A DNA stretch of 64,000 nt, taken from Candidatus Levyibacteriota bacterium (lineage in GTDB: Bacteria; Patescibacteriota; Microgenomatia; Levybacterales; UBA12049). This document shows positions 37,470-46,080 of this stretch, in pieces. The stretch's first letter is position 1. Every line of letters begins with the position of its first letter. Below the pieces are notes generated by a model. That model saw nothing but the letters and a program-made list of their open reading frames with translations, had not been told where the DNA came from and made no database searches. The DNA is taken from positions 134,899 to 198,898 of the forward strand of contig PLZJ01000003.1 of NCBI GenBank assembly GCA_003152105.1, read 5' to 3'. Position numbers and translations under genes: made by a program.

Positions 37470-38449
37470 AATGCCCTAAGATTTGGCAGTACCTCTTTTC
37501 CAAGCAGTTCTATAATAGCAGTCTGATTTTTTCCTGTTGTTTGTATAACTACCGTATCAGCATTTACCGTTGTTATCAGTGGTGCATAATTTTCAATATA
37601 ATCAGAAGCGTTTGCAACGATTGAATACCTTGAGAGGATATCTTCTTTTGAAAGCGAATCTGCTTCATCTTGCAACTGCTTTGGATCAACCGCATGATCT
37701 CGGCTAGGAGCTCTGAGCCCTCTCCAAGGCTGAATAGCCAAAAACGCTTCGTCATCATTTTGTGCATAAATTGACCATCTACTTGCTGTTACTTGAAAAT
37801 CTTTTTTCCCAATTGCTTTTGCTTTATCTCGGGTAGGTGATACAACAAGATTTGCACTGTCATCTGCATTTTTAACACTAACAATAATGCCATCTGCATG
37901 TTCAGCAGAGAGCATTCCTGATTTTGGACCTCCAGCAGCAAGAAGTATCGGAACTTTATGTAGCGGAGGGGAGTACAGTTTTACATTTTTAGTTTGATAA
38001 TACTCGCCCTTAAACGTAACTTTTTCTCCGCTTAATAATCTCTGCATAATTTCTAATGCTTCAATCATTCGCTCTGATCGTTCTTTATATTTTGGAAATT
38101 CATACCCAAGTGGAGATTCGTTAATTGATTCACCTGTGCCAACTCCTAAACTTACCCGACCATTCGAAAGTCTATCAATTGTTGCAATTGCTTGTGCAAC
38201 AACTGCTGGATGGTAACGAAAGAGGGGAGTGACAACACCTGTCATCAGTTCTATTTTTTTCGTTGCTTGTGCAACTGCGCCAAGTGTTGCAAATGCAAAC
38301 CCTGAACTTCCTTTATCCTCAACCCATGGATGAAAGTGTTCAGAAACAAAAAGCCCATCAAATCCTGCTTTTTCAGCAAGTACAGCATGTGAAACTAATT
38401 CTTCGGGCTGAAATTGTTCATGTCCTAAATAATAATAGAGTTTTTTCAT
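37466..38449 (-). CDS. F420-dependent glucose-6-phosphate dehydrogenase-like LLM oxidoreductase (Fgd family)
   Basis: LGHEQFQPEELVSHAVLAEKAGFDGLFVSEHFHPW...TPLFRYHPAVVAQAIATIDRLSNGRVSLGVGTGESINE closely parallels the mycobacterial Fgd1 N-terminal half (LGYKASAEQF..., DHFQPW, TPTFRYNPAVIAQAFAT, RVFLGVGTGEALNE). Confidence 0.75.
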   Translation of the reverse strand: MKKLYYYLGHEQFQPEELVSHAVLAEKAGFDGLFVSEHFHPWVEDKGSSGFAFATLGAVAQATKKIELMTGVVTPLFRYHPAVVAQAIATIDRLSNGRVSLGVGTGESINESPLGYEFPKYKERSERMIEALEIMQRLLSGEKVTFKGEYYQTKNVKLYSPPLHKVPILLAAGGPKSGMLSAEHADGIIVSVKNADDSANLVVSPTRDKAKAIGKKDFQVTASRWSIYAQNDDEAFLAIQPWRGLRAPSRDHAVDPKQLQDEADSLSKEDILSRYSIVANASDYIENYAPLITTVNADTVVIQTTGKNQTAIIELLGKEVLPNLRAL

Positions 38450-38508
38450 TCGAGTTGTATCTGTGTATCATAGCAAATTTTTGTGAGATTTATGCAAGAA
38501 AATACTCG

Positions 38509-39438
38509 TTATTCTTTAAGAAGTAATATGTATAAGAATATGAGGCTTGGGATAACAAAAACCATCCCAATACCAAATGACCAAAGCATAAGTTGAAATG
38601 TTTTCAAATCAGTAAACGCGTTATATATGGTAATACTTGGATAAATAAGATAGGGCAAATGAAGGAGGGCAAAGAAAAATAATACTGCTCCCATTAAAAG
38701 AGATATCGTAAGAAATAATAATAAATGTTTTCTTGCAACAAAGAATACCAAGGAAGAAAGTAATAAGAAAATAATTATACTACTATAGATATGTAGGTTA
38801 GCATCGCTCAGTAACATCCAGGAAGAAGTGTGGATAAGATCATACATAAATAATATAAGACTTAAAACAAATATGACATATGAAAAGGAAAGTATTCTTC
38901 TGAGTAAATGGAAATCAGATTTATTTTTACTATAAAATTGATAAAACGATCCAGAAATTAATAGTATGTTTGACAAAACAAGCGCATATATAGGTAAGTT
39001 AAGATTTTGCAAAAAGAGATTAGTAGTATTTCCTGTTATCATATATACAAACCCAGAAGAAAAGAAAAGAGGAGCTAAGAAACAAGATAGAAAAAATACT
39101 ATTCTAATCAACTTCGAATCCATATCACCATAAAAAAGAAATAACATACAAGCAGATCTTACACCAAGAAATAAAAATGCTATAAGGAGCGGAACTATTA
39201 AATTCGTTCCAAAAAAATAGGTTGATTTTGGAAAAAACGTAAAAATACAGATAATAGTGAAAACTAAAAACACATTTGTCGTTTCCCAAATAGGGGATAT
39301 AGCTTGTTTTAACAAGATGTCATTTCTTAGTATTTTTGGGAATAGTAAAAAAAATGATGTTCCATATTCAATTGAAGTAAAAAGCATATACGCATATAAA
39401 AATACAAGTGGAATGAGAGCAGCTAATAATTGATACAT
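38509..39438 (-). CDS. cydB: cytochrome bd oxidase subunit II (CydB), putative
   Basis: 309-aa polytopic membrane protein immediately downstream of cydA (6-nt gap). Assigned by operon context and topology. Confidence 0.5.
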   Translation of the reverse strand: MYQLLAALIPLVFLYAYMLFTSIEYGTSFFLLFPKILRNDILLKQAISPIWETTNVFLVFTIICIFTFFPKSTYFFGTNLIVPLLIAFLFLGVRSACMLFLFYGDMDSKLIRIVFFLSCFLAPLFFSSGFVYMITGNTTNLFLQNLNLPIYALVLSNILLISGSFYQFYSKNKSDFHLLRRILSFSYVIFVLSLILFMYDLIHTSSWMLLSDANLHIYSSIIIFLLLSSLVFFVARKHLLLFLTISLLMGAVLFFFALLHLPYLIYPSITIYNAFTDLKTFQLMLWSFGIGMVFVIPSLIFLYILLLKE

Positions 39439-39444
39439 AATAAA

Positions 39445-40779
39445 TTATAGATCAAGCTTATTCTTTTTATAATGTCGTTTTAAAATCCAAATAGTAACTG
39501 CAAATAAAAAGATATAAAGAGTAGGGAAGAGGTATCCAAATGTTGCAACTGAGGTAGAAGTTGTAAACGCTTGTTTTGTTGTCATAATGCCTCTTATTGC
39601 AAATGGTTGACGACCAACCTCAGTTAATATCCATCCAAATTCAACTGCACAAAATGAAACCACACCAGAGAGAAAAAGTAACAGAAGCATTATTTTTGAA
39701 AAGGCAAATGCTTTTTTAAAACGGGCAAGCAGTAGGAAGAGTAGGGGAATGATCGTGATAAATATGCCACTGCCAACCATAAAATCAAACATATAATGAA
39801 TCCAAAGTGGTGGCCATAATGTTGGATTAAAATAATTAAGTCCCAGAACTCTTGCCTGAGTGGAACCAAAAGAAAGGAAACTAAGTAAGCCTGGGATGGT
39901 AAGTGCATGTAATACACCATGATTTGTTGTAATACCTAAAACTTGAAGTGGAGCATTTGTTTGCGTGGTATAAAGTCCTTCTGCTGCTGCAAGTTTTAGT
40001 GGTTCTGATTGTGCTAAATATTTTGCCGAAGAATCTCCCGTTAGACCAATTAAAAGAACAAAAATAAAACTTACACAAACCAAAAAAGTGATAGTTTTTT
40101 TATAATACATTTTGCGTTTTAATTCTTTTTTATCATTTATTTTTGATTTAAATAAAAATAACGCGTACATTCCTGCAAAAAATAAACACGTTGTTAGATA
40201 ATAAGAAACGATTGAGTGAGTGGTTTCTGTTGGCGTTGCTTGATTAAACATTGCTTTTATTGGATCTATGTTACTTGCTATACCATGTTTATAAGTAAAT
40301 CCAGCTGGGGAGTTCATAAATGCATTTGCTGTTGTAATAAAAAAAGCTGAAGCAACCGAACCCAGAACAATCGGCAATGAACAAAGCCAATGAATATAAG
40401 GATTTTTAAATCGCTTCCAGGTAAAAAGATAAATACCAAGAAAAATTGCCTCAATAAAAAAAGCAAATCCTTCCAAGAAAAAGGGGAGTCCAATTACTTT
40501 ACCAGCAAGTGCCATAAACGTTGGCCAAAGCGTCGAAAGTTGAGTTGATATTATCATTCCGGAAATTGCACCTGTAACAAACAATACGCTCATCACATAA
40601 GACCACCTCTTTGCCATTGTTGTATATAAAATATCATGTCTTACTATACCAAGAAGTTCAGAAAGTGAAACAAGTAGGGGAATGCCAACACCAAGGAGAG
40701 CAAAGATGATGTGAAACCCAAGTGAATCTCCCATTAATGTACGACCATAGTCTAGTTGCATATAGTAATTATAAGACAA
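39445..40779 (-). CDS. cydA: cytochrome bd ubiquinol oxidase subunit I (CydA)
   Basis: GFHIIFA N-terminal helix. LPFFLEGFAFFIEAIFLGIYLFTW matches the CydA consensus ([22 protein letters not shown]). 444 aa, 9 TM. Confidence 0.8.
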   Translation of the reverse strand: MSYNYYMQLDYGRTLMGDSLGFHIIFALLGVGIPLLVSLSELLGIVRHDILYTTMAKRWSYVMSVLFVTGAISGMIISTQLSTLWPTFMALAGKVIGLPFFLEGFAFFIEAIFLGIYLFTWKRFKNPYIHWLCSLPIVLGSVASAFFITTANAFMNSPAGFTYKHGIASNIDPIKAMFNQATPTETTHSIVSYYLTTCLFFAGMYALFLFKSKINDKKELKRKMYYKKTITFLVCVSFIFVLLIGLTGDSSAKYLAQSEPLKLAAAEGLYTTQTNAPLQVLGITTNHGVLHALTIPGLLSFLSFGSTQARVLGLNYFNPTLWPPLWIHYMFDFMVGSGIFITIIPLLFLLLARFKKAFAFSKIMLLLLFLSGVVSFCAVEFGWILTEVGRQPFAIRGIMTTKQAFTTSTSVATFGYLFPTLYIFLFAVTIWILKRHYKKNKLDL

Positions 40780-40876
40780 ATCTTAAACATTGGTAAGCGC
40801 TTAGAATGCAAAAGCAAAAAAGCTTACACTATGTAATTTACTATATTGGCAAAATGTTTTACACTTAAGTAAGAGT

Positions 40877-41239
40877 ATGTGGATCCCTCTATTTCTAATT
40901 GTTCTTGGTTTGTTAGCAGGAGGATTAAGTGGATTAATCGGCATTGGGGGTGGCATTATAATAGTACCCGCTCTTGTGTATCTATTTGGTCTTTCTCAAC
41001 AACAAGCTCAAGGAACAACTCTTGCTCTTCTTCTTCCTCCAATCGGCATCCTTGCTGTATGGCAATATTATAAACATGGATATGTAGATTTTAGGATCGC
41101 ACTATTTATTATTATTGGTTTTTTGATAGGTAGTCTTTTTGGTTCCCGTTTTGCAACAGCACTTCCTGCAAATGTCTTATCAAAAATATTTGGCATTACA
41201 CTACTTCTTGTATCTCTTAAAATGCTTTTCACAAACTAA
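40877..41239 (+). CDS. TauE/SafE-family (sulfite exporter-like) membrane protein, half-size single-repeat form
   Basis: GLIGIGGGIIIVPALVYLFGL motif typical of TauE/SafE (DUF81). Only 120 aa with ~4 TM, i.e. one repeat unit. Confidence 0.5.
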   Translation: MWIPLFLIVLGLLAGGLSGLIGIGGGIIIVPALVYLFGLSQQQAQGTTLALLLPPIGILAVWQYYKHGYVDFRIALFIIIGFLIGSLFGSRFATALPANVLSKIFGITLLLVSLKMLFTN

Positions 41240-41298
41240 TATTAGTATAATTCTTTAACGAAAAGAAATATTTTTTGCTATAATAGCCTGCATGGCAG

Positions 41299-42003
41299 TT
41301 GAAGATCGCGCTCGAGCACCTGAAGAAACTACTATTGATGCTATTACCAAATCTTTCAGAACAAGATGCAAATATGATCGTTCGTGCGTATACGTTATCA
41401 GAAATTGCACACAGAAGACAAAAAAGATTAAGTGGAGAACCATATTTTGAACATGTTAAAGCAATTGCATTAATTTTAATTGATGAATGTCATATTACAG
41501 ATGCATCCATAATAAGCGCTGCATTCTTGCATGATGTAGTTGAAGACACAAAAGCATTCGGAAAACAAGTAAAAATACCCTATACAGTATGGATAGAAGA
41601 AGTACGAAGCAATATTGCACAGCAATTTAATCCAAAAGTCGCAAATAGCGTCGTTGCATTAACAGAACCTGGTGTAGATAAAGTAGAAATAATTGATAAA
41701 AAACAGGCAAAATTGATAAAACATAATCTACTTTTTCATGCACCTGCACAAACACTACTAGTTAAAATGGCTGATAGACTACATAATTTACGCACATTCT
41801 ATCCAAAAGCTGGGATAGACCCCAAAGAACAGAAAGAAAAGAAAATTAAAGAAACAAAAGAAATTCTCATTCCTATATTTAGAAAAGTGCTCAAAACATA
41901 TCCTGTGGAAGGTGCTTATTTACTAAATGAAATTGACAAAGCTATCGCAGTAATTTCCAACTCAACCTTTCTCAGTCCAAATGGATTAAATGGAGGGATG
42001 TGA
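41299..42003 (+). CDS. HD-domain (p)ppGpp hydrolase-like protein (RelA/SpoT-type HD only; small alarmone hydrolase)
   Basis: AHRRQKRLSGEPYFEHVKAIALIL...ISAAFLHDVVEDT matches the RelA/SpoT hydrolase HD signature (H..Q.R.SGEPY..H ... LHDVVEDT). 234 aa, no synthetase domain. Confidence 0.75.
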   Translation: MKIALEHLKKLLLMLLPNLSEQDANMIVRAYTLSEIAHRRQKRLSGEPYFEHVKAIALILIDECHITDASIISAAFLHDVVEDTKAFGKQVKIPYTVWIEEVRSNIAQQFNPKVANSVVALTEPGVDKVEIIDKKQAKLIKHNLLFHAPAQTLLVKMADRLHNLRTFYPKAGIDPKEQKEKKIKETKEILIPIFRKVLKTYPVEGAYLLNEIDKAIAVISNSTFLSPNGLNGGM

Positions 42004-42780
42004 AATTGATTTTTTATTGATCGAATCTTTAATTTCAAGATAGAGTGCTTCATAATCTTTTTTTGATAAATACCATAGTCCTGGTCTGTATGGATTATCC
42101 AGATCATCTATTAATAAATAAATACCAAATGATAATATGCCTATAAAAAGCACTAAAATATATTCAATTACGACATTATCAAAATACAAAAGCAGGGAAG
42201 ACAGAACAATAGCAAACATAGTAGAAAGTATAAATACCCGAACGCCGATTGGTAGCTTGTGAGAAAGTGTTTGTAGTCGTTTTTCCCTATACTCTAAACA
42301 ATTCCTTACTAAATCAAAAGACAATACGCCAATATTTGGATGCTCTGAATAGTTGATATCGAGAACCGTTTCTTCAAGTTCATAAATTGCTCTTTCAATG
42401 TCATCTGAGCGGAAATATAAATTTTTATTATCAATTTTTTCATTTATAATAAGCTTTAAATATGCTGCAATATGCTTTCGAAGATCTACTCGAATAGGTG
42501 TTGGAAAATGATTTGTTAGTACAAACAGCTGTTTAAGAGAAGAAATCTCTCCGTGCGTAGCATCAGTTAACTGATTCCAACTTTCCCATTTTGATTGAAT
42601 AACAAAACCTGAAATAATAGAAAAAAGTATAGTAAAAGCAGAGAAAAGGGGAGAAACACTATCTCTGGTAGTTGAGGATATAAAAATATATTTTAGCTCA
42701 AGATAATGAAAAATAATATATGTTAAAGAAATGAGAATAATGTATCCGCTTATTTTGCTAAATAATACTTTTAAATTCAT
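41986..42780 (-). CDS. hypothetical membrane protein
   Basis: 264 aa with several hydrophobic helices, no recognisable motif. Confidence 0.4.
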   Translation of the reverse strand: MNLKVLFSKISGYIILISLTYIIFHYLELKYIFISSTTRDSVSPLFSAFTILFSIISGFVIQSKWESWNQLTDATHGEISSLKQLFVLTNHFPTPIRVDLRKHIAAYLKLIINEKIDNKNLYFRSDDIERAIYELEETVLDINYSEHPNIGVLSFDLVRNCLEYREKRLQTLSHKLPIGVRVFILSTMFAIVLSSLLLYFDNVVIEYILVLFIGILSFGIYLLIDDLDNPYRPGLWYLSKKDYEALYLEIKDSINKKSISHPSI

Positions 42781-42848
42781 GCTGCTTTTATTATCTTATA
42801 TCTTATCAGATATAACAATTCTAACTTTGGAATTCTCTTAAATCTCAA

Positions 42849-44564
42849 TTACTGGATTACTATATTGAATGCATTTGAAGAATTAATGCTATTAAACAAA
42901 GCATTAATAACTTTATTATTTGGATGTACTATTTTTGCATTTTGTAAATCCACGACCGCTTCGGTTTTATTTCCTAATAAGTAGTCATTATATGCGTCTA
43001 GAATTAAAATATACGAAGATTTTGGATACTCTTGAATTCCTTTTTCTAATACTTTTTTAGCATCTAAGTTATCGTTGTTTTGAATGAGTAACTTTCCAAG
43101 TACCATATAGGTATTTGCATCATGTAGATTCGGGCCATAATTATTTGCTGCATATGCTTTCTGAGCAAAATATACAGCACTATTATGATCGCCTATCTTA
43201 TCTTCAACTAAAGATTTCATTGTTAGGTTATTATCATATGGAAATAAAGCTATAGATGCATCTACATGACTTAACGAATCTAAATAATCACCCGCATTAT
43301 AATACGCGTCCGCCAATTGATTTTCATTACTATAATTATCATCAACATTTACTGCTGTTGAAAAAAGTCGTATATTGTCAGACCAGTAAGTATTTCTAAG
43401 ATTAGTTCTATAACTGAGAAGGACAATTATAATTACAAAAAAGACAATGAATATTTTTTGAAACTTTTTATAGTATGGTAGCTCTTGAACGAATATGCCT
43501 AACATTCCTAAGAGTCCTATCATTGGAAAATATATCCATCGTGCAGCTACGGTATAGTCAAGCGGAATAAATACTTGGAGAAAAAATGCGATACTTGACC
43601 AAAACATAATGAAAAATAAAATATATGCTTTAAAAAGCGTTTTATTTTTTCTATATACAAACCACCCCATCAAAAGTAGAACGATCAGAAAAACTAAATC
43701 ATAGAAAAGAGGCAAATAGAAATTCTTCATTGATACATCGGTTATTATCCATAAATGATTAATCCCTATACGATATGGATAGAAAAACTTATTAATATAA
43801 TAAAATAACATTTGAGGCACATTGAGAAATCTCTGTAAAATAGTAAGGCCAAGTAGTGGATATAAATAGTTTTGCGGCTGCGTAAACCCCATTCCAAGCA
43901 GTTCGCGCATTATTATATAAAAAATACCCGTACCAATAAGACCAATGGATACAATCTTTACATTTTTACGAGAAAATAATAACGAATGAATAAATATAAA
44001 TAAGAAGAAAAATATTCCAGATTCCTTTGCAAGCAAACTAACTAATAACAAAAAGCAAATACCGCTATATTTTTTAATTGTCAACTTTTTTGTATTAAGA
44101 TAGAGTAAAATTGCAATTAAACCAAAAGTCACAAACAACAATCCATCAGCATCACTTATAAAAGCTGCTGTTGCTTCATTCATTGGATGTAGTAAATAAA
44201 CGATAGAAATTATCATGGCAATAGGTTTTTTTAAAAAATGGAGGAAAATATAATACAATAAGCATGCATTTGCTATAAAAAGACAAATTTGAATAACATG
44301 AAAGGGGGTAGGAGAGCTACCAAATAAATGCGCAATGAGGAAATAGTAGAATGCAGTTATAGGTCGGTAGTAACCAGGCTGCGTTGAAACACTCCCATAA
44401 AAGATGTGAAACACATTAAAAGTCCTAGTAACGGGAGGATTTGTATACATTGCATCAGTCCATACAAACTGGTTTCTTAAAATATTCCAAAAAGTTATTA
44501 TACCGACGATAATTACATAAAAGGGGAATTGTTGAAGAATATGTTTGGTAATAAACCTACTCAC
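42849..44564 (-). CDS. polytopic membrane protein with C-terminal TPR repeats (PMT/ArnT-like GT-C architecture)
   Basis: ~400-aa N-terminal domain with >=11 TM helices, then ~170 aa with TPR-like repeats (AYYNAGDYLDSLSHVDASIALFPYDNN..., YMVLGKLLIQNNDNLDAKKVLEKGIQEYP). Confidence 0.5.
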   Translation of the reverse strand: MSRFITKHILQQFPFYVIIVGIITFWNILRNQFVWTDAMYTNPPVTRTFNVFHIFYGSVSTQPGYYRPITAFYYFLIAHLFGSSPTPFHVIQICLFIANACLLYYIFLHFLKKPIAMIISIVYLLHPMNEATAAFISDADGLLFVTFGLIAILLYLNTKKLTIKKYSGICFLLLVSLLAKESGIFFFLFIFIHSLLFSRKNVKIVSIGLIGTGIFYIIMRELLGMGFTQPQNYLYPLLGLTILQRFLNVPQMLFYYINKFFYPYRIGINHLWIITDVSMKNFYLPLFYDLVFLIVLLLMGWFVYRKNKTLFKAYILFFIMFWSSIAFFLQVFIPLDYTVAARWIYFPMIGLLGMLGIFVQELPYYKKFQKIFIVFFVIIIVLLSYRTNLRNTYWSDNIRLFSTAVNVDDNYSNENQLADAYYNAGDYLDSLSHVDASIALFPYDNNLTMKSLVEDKIGDHNSAVYFAQKAYAANNYGPNLHDANTYMVLGKLLIQNNDNLDAKKVLEKGIQEYPKSSYILILDAYNDYLLGNKTEAVVDLQNAKIVHPNNKVINALFNSINSSNAFNIVIQ

Positions 44565-44624
44565 TAAATAAGTATAACATAGCTTTTTAGTAATTGATAA
44601 TACTACTTAACTTGCTTAACTATA

Positions 44625-44918
44625 TTATTTTTGTTTTTCTGGAGGAATAACTTTTAGTACGGTACCAGACAACATAGATAAGGCTTCAAATCCACTTAAT
44701 ATACTTGCATGAACGACAGCTTTTTTAGGAGTTACTTCTGTGCGAGGGAGATGTCTTGGGTAAGGTATATGAATTGAATTAACTCGAACATTTTTAGCTG
44801 TATCGCTAACTTCCACAACATGCTCTACTGCACCGACTTCTTGTTCACGAATAACCCTTGGTCCGCATGGTAATGATATAAATCTAACTTCTTTACTCAT
44901 AGGCATACAGTATAGCAT
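44625..44918 (-). CDS. hypothetical small protein
   Basis: 97-aa ORF (possible internal start at MSKEV). No motif recognised. GC slightly elevated. Confidence 0.3.
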   Translation of the reverse strand: MLYCMPMSKEVRFISLPCGPRVIREQEVGAVEHVVEVSDTAKNVRVNSIHIPYPRHLPRTEVTPKKAVVHASILSGFEALSMLSGTVLKVIPPEKQK

Positions 44919-45054
44919 AGCACTTTTTCAAAAATAGCCTCAAATAATGAGCCATTACCTCAAATTATTAGTTCTCTCAATACAAATAAGACTTATAGTT
45001 GCAAACCGGTTAGGACTATAGTATAATATCCAAATCTTGATAGCATACTAATTT

Positions 45055-46080
45055 ATGGCTACATCTTTTGAAAATTCACGAATATTAGTTACTGGTGGTA
45101 CGGGTTCATGGGGTAATGAGCTTGTTAAACAATTACTAGAACATTATCCAACAATTTCTGAAATCCGCATTTACTCTCGTGGCGAGCACAAACAAGTTGA
45201 AATGAAGCGCAGATTCAACGATAATCCAAAACTCAAATTTATAATAGGAGATATTAGAGATAAAAATATCTTAAATTACGCAATGAAAGGCATAGATATT
45301 GTTTTTCACCTTGCAGCCCTTAAGCATGTCCCGGTTTGTGAAGATAATAGCTGGGAAGCAGTACTAACAAACATTCACGGCACGCAAAATGTTATTGAAA
45401 CTGCAATTGCAAACAAAGTAAAAAAAGTAGTTGATGTATCAACAGACAAAGCTGTTGAACCGTTTAACACATACGGTGTTACTAAAGCTGCAGGAGAGAA
45501 ATTAATGATTAATGCAAATTATAATTATTCTCACAATCATGAATATGCAACTAAGTTCATTTGTATACGTGGGGGTAATGTAATAGGAACAAACGGTTCT
45601 GTTATGCCGCTTTTTAAAGAACAGTTGACATTACATAATGAAGTAACCATAACAAATCCAGAAATGACTCGATATTTAATGAGCACAAAAGAAGCAATTA
45701 GCCTTATTTTTACCGCTGTTGAGGACTCTATGGGAGGCGAATTATTTGTAATGAACATGCCTGGTGCTACAATTAATACAATATCAAATGTTATGATTTC
45801 ACTTTTTGGAAATAAAGATTCTAAAATGAAAATAATAGGGGAGAGACCAGGAGAAAAAATGCATGAGGTACTCGTATCTAAAAATGAGTCTCCATTTACA
45901 TATACAATATCAGATAAGTATTATGTAATTTTGCCACAAATTCATAATGAAGATTTAGTTGAAAAATATAAGAAATTTCCACGATTTAAACAAGTTGAAT
46001 TCTCTTCTTCAAACACAGAACAACTAGGGGAGAAGGAACTAACCGCTATTCTTAAAAAAGAAGACTGGCTATGGAAATAG
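45055..46080 (+). CDS. UDP-N-acetylglucosamine 4,6-dehydratase (PseB/CapD/FlaA1 family, extended SDR)
   Basis: ILVTGGTGSWGNELVKQLL (Rossmann GxxGxxG), FHLAALKHVP, YGVTKAAGEKL (YxxxK) and IGERPGEKMHEVL closely parallel PseB/FlaA1-type dehydratases. Confidence 0.8.
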   Translation: MATSFENSRILVTGGTGSWGNELVKQLLEHYPTISEIRIYSRGEHKQVEMKRRFNDNPKLKFIIGDIRDKNILNYAMKGIDIVFHLAALKHVPVCEDNSWEAVLTNIHGTQNVIETAIANKVKKVVDVSTDKAVEPFNTYGVTKAAGEKLMINANYNYSHNHEYATKFICIRGGNVIGTNGSVMPLFKEQLTLHNEVTITNPEMTRYLMSTKEAISLIFTAVEDSMGGELFVMNMPGATINTISNVMISLFGNKDSKMKIIGERPGEKMHEVLVSKNESPFTYTISDKYYVILPQIHNEDLVEKYKKFPRFKQVEFSSSNTEQLGEKELTAILKKEDWLWK

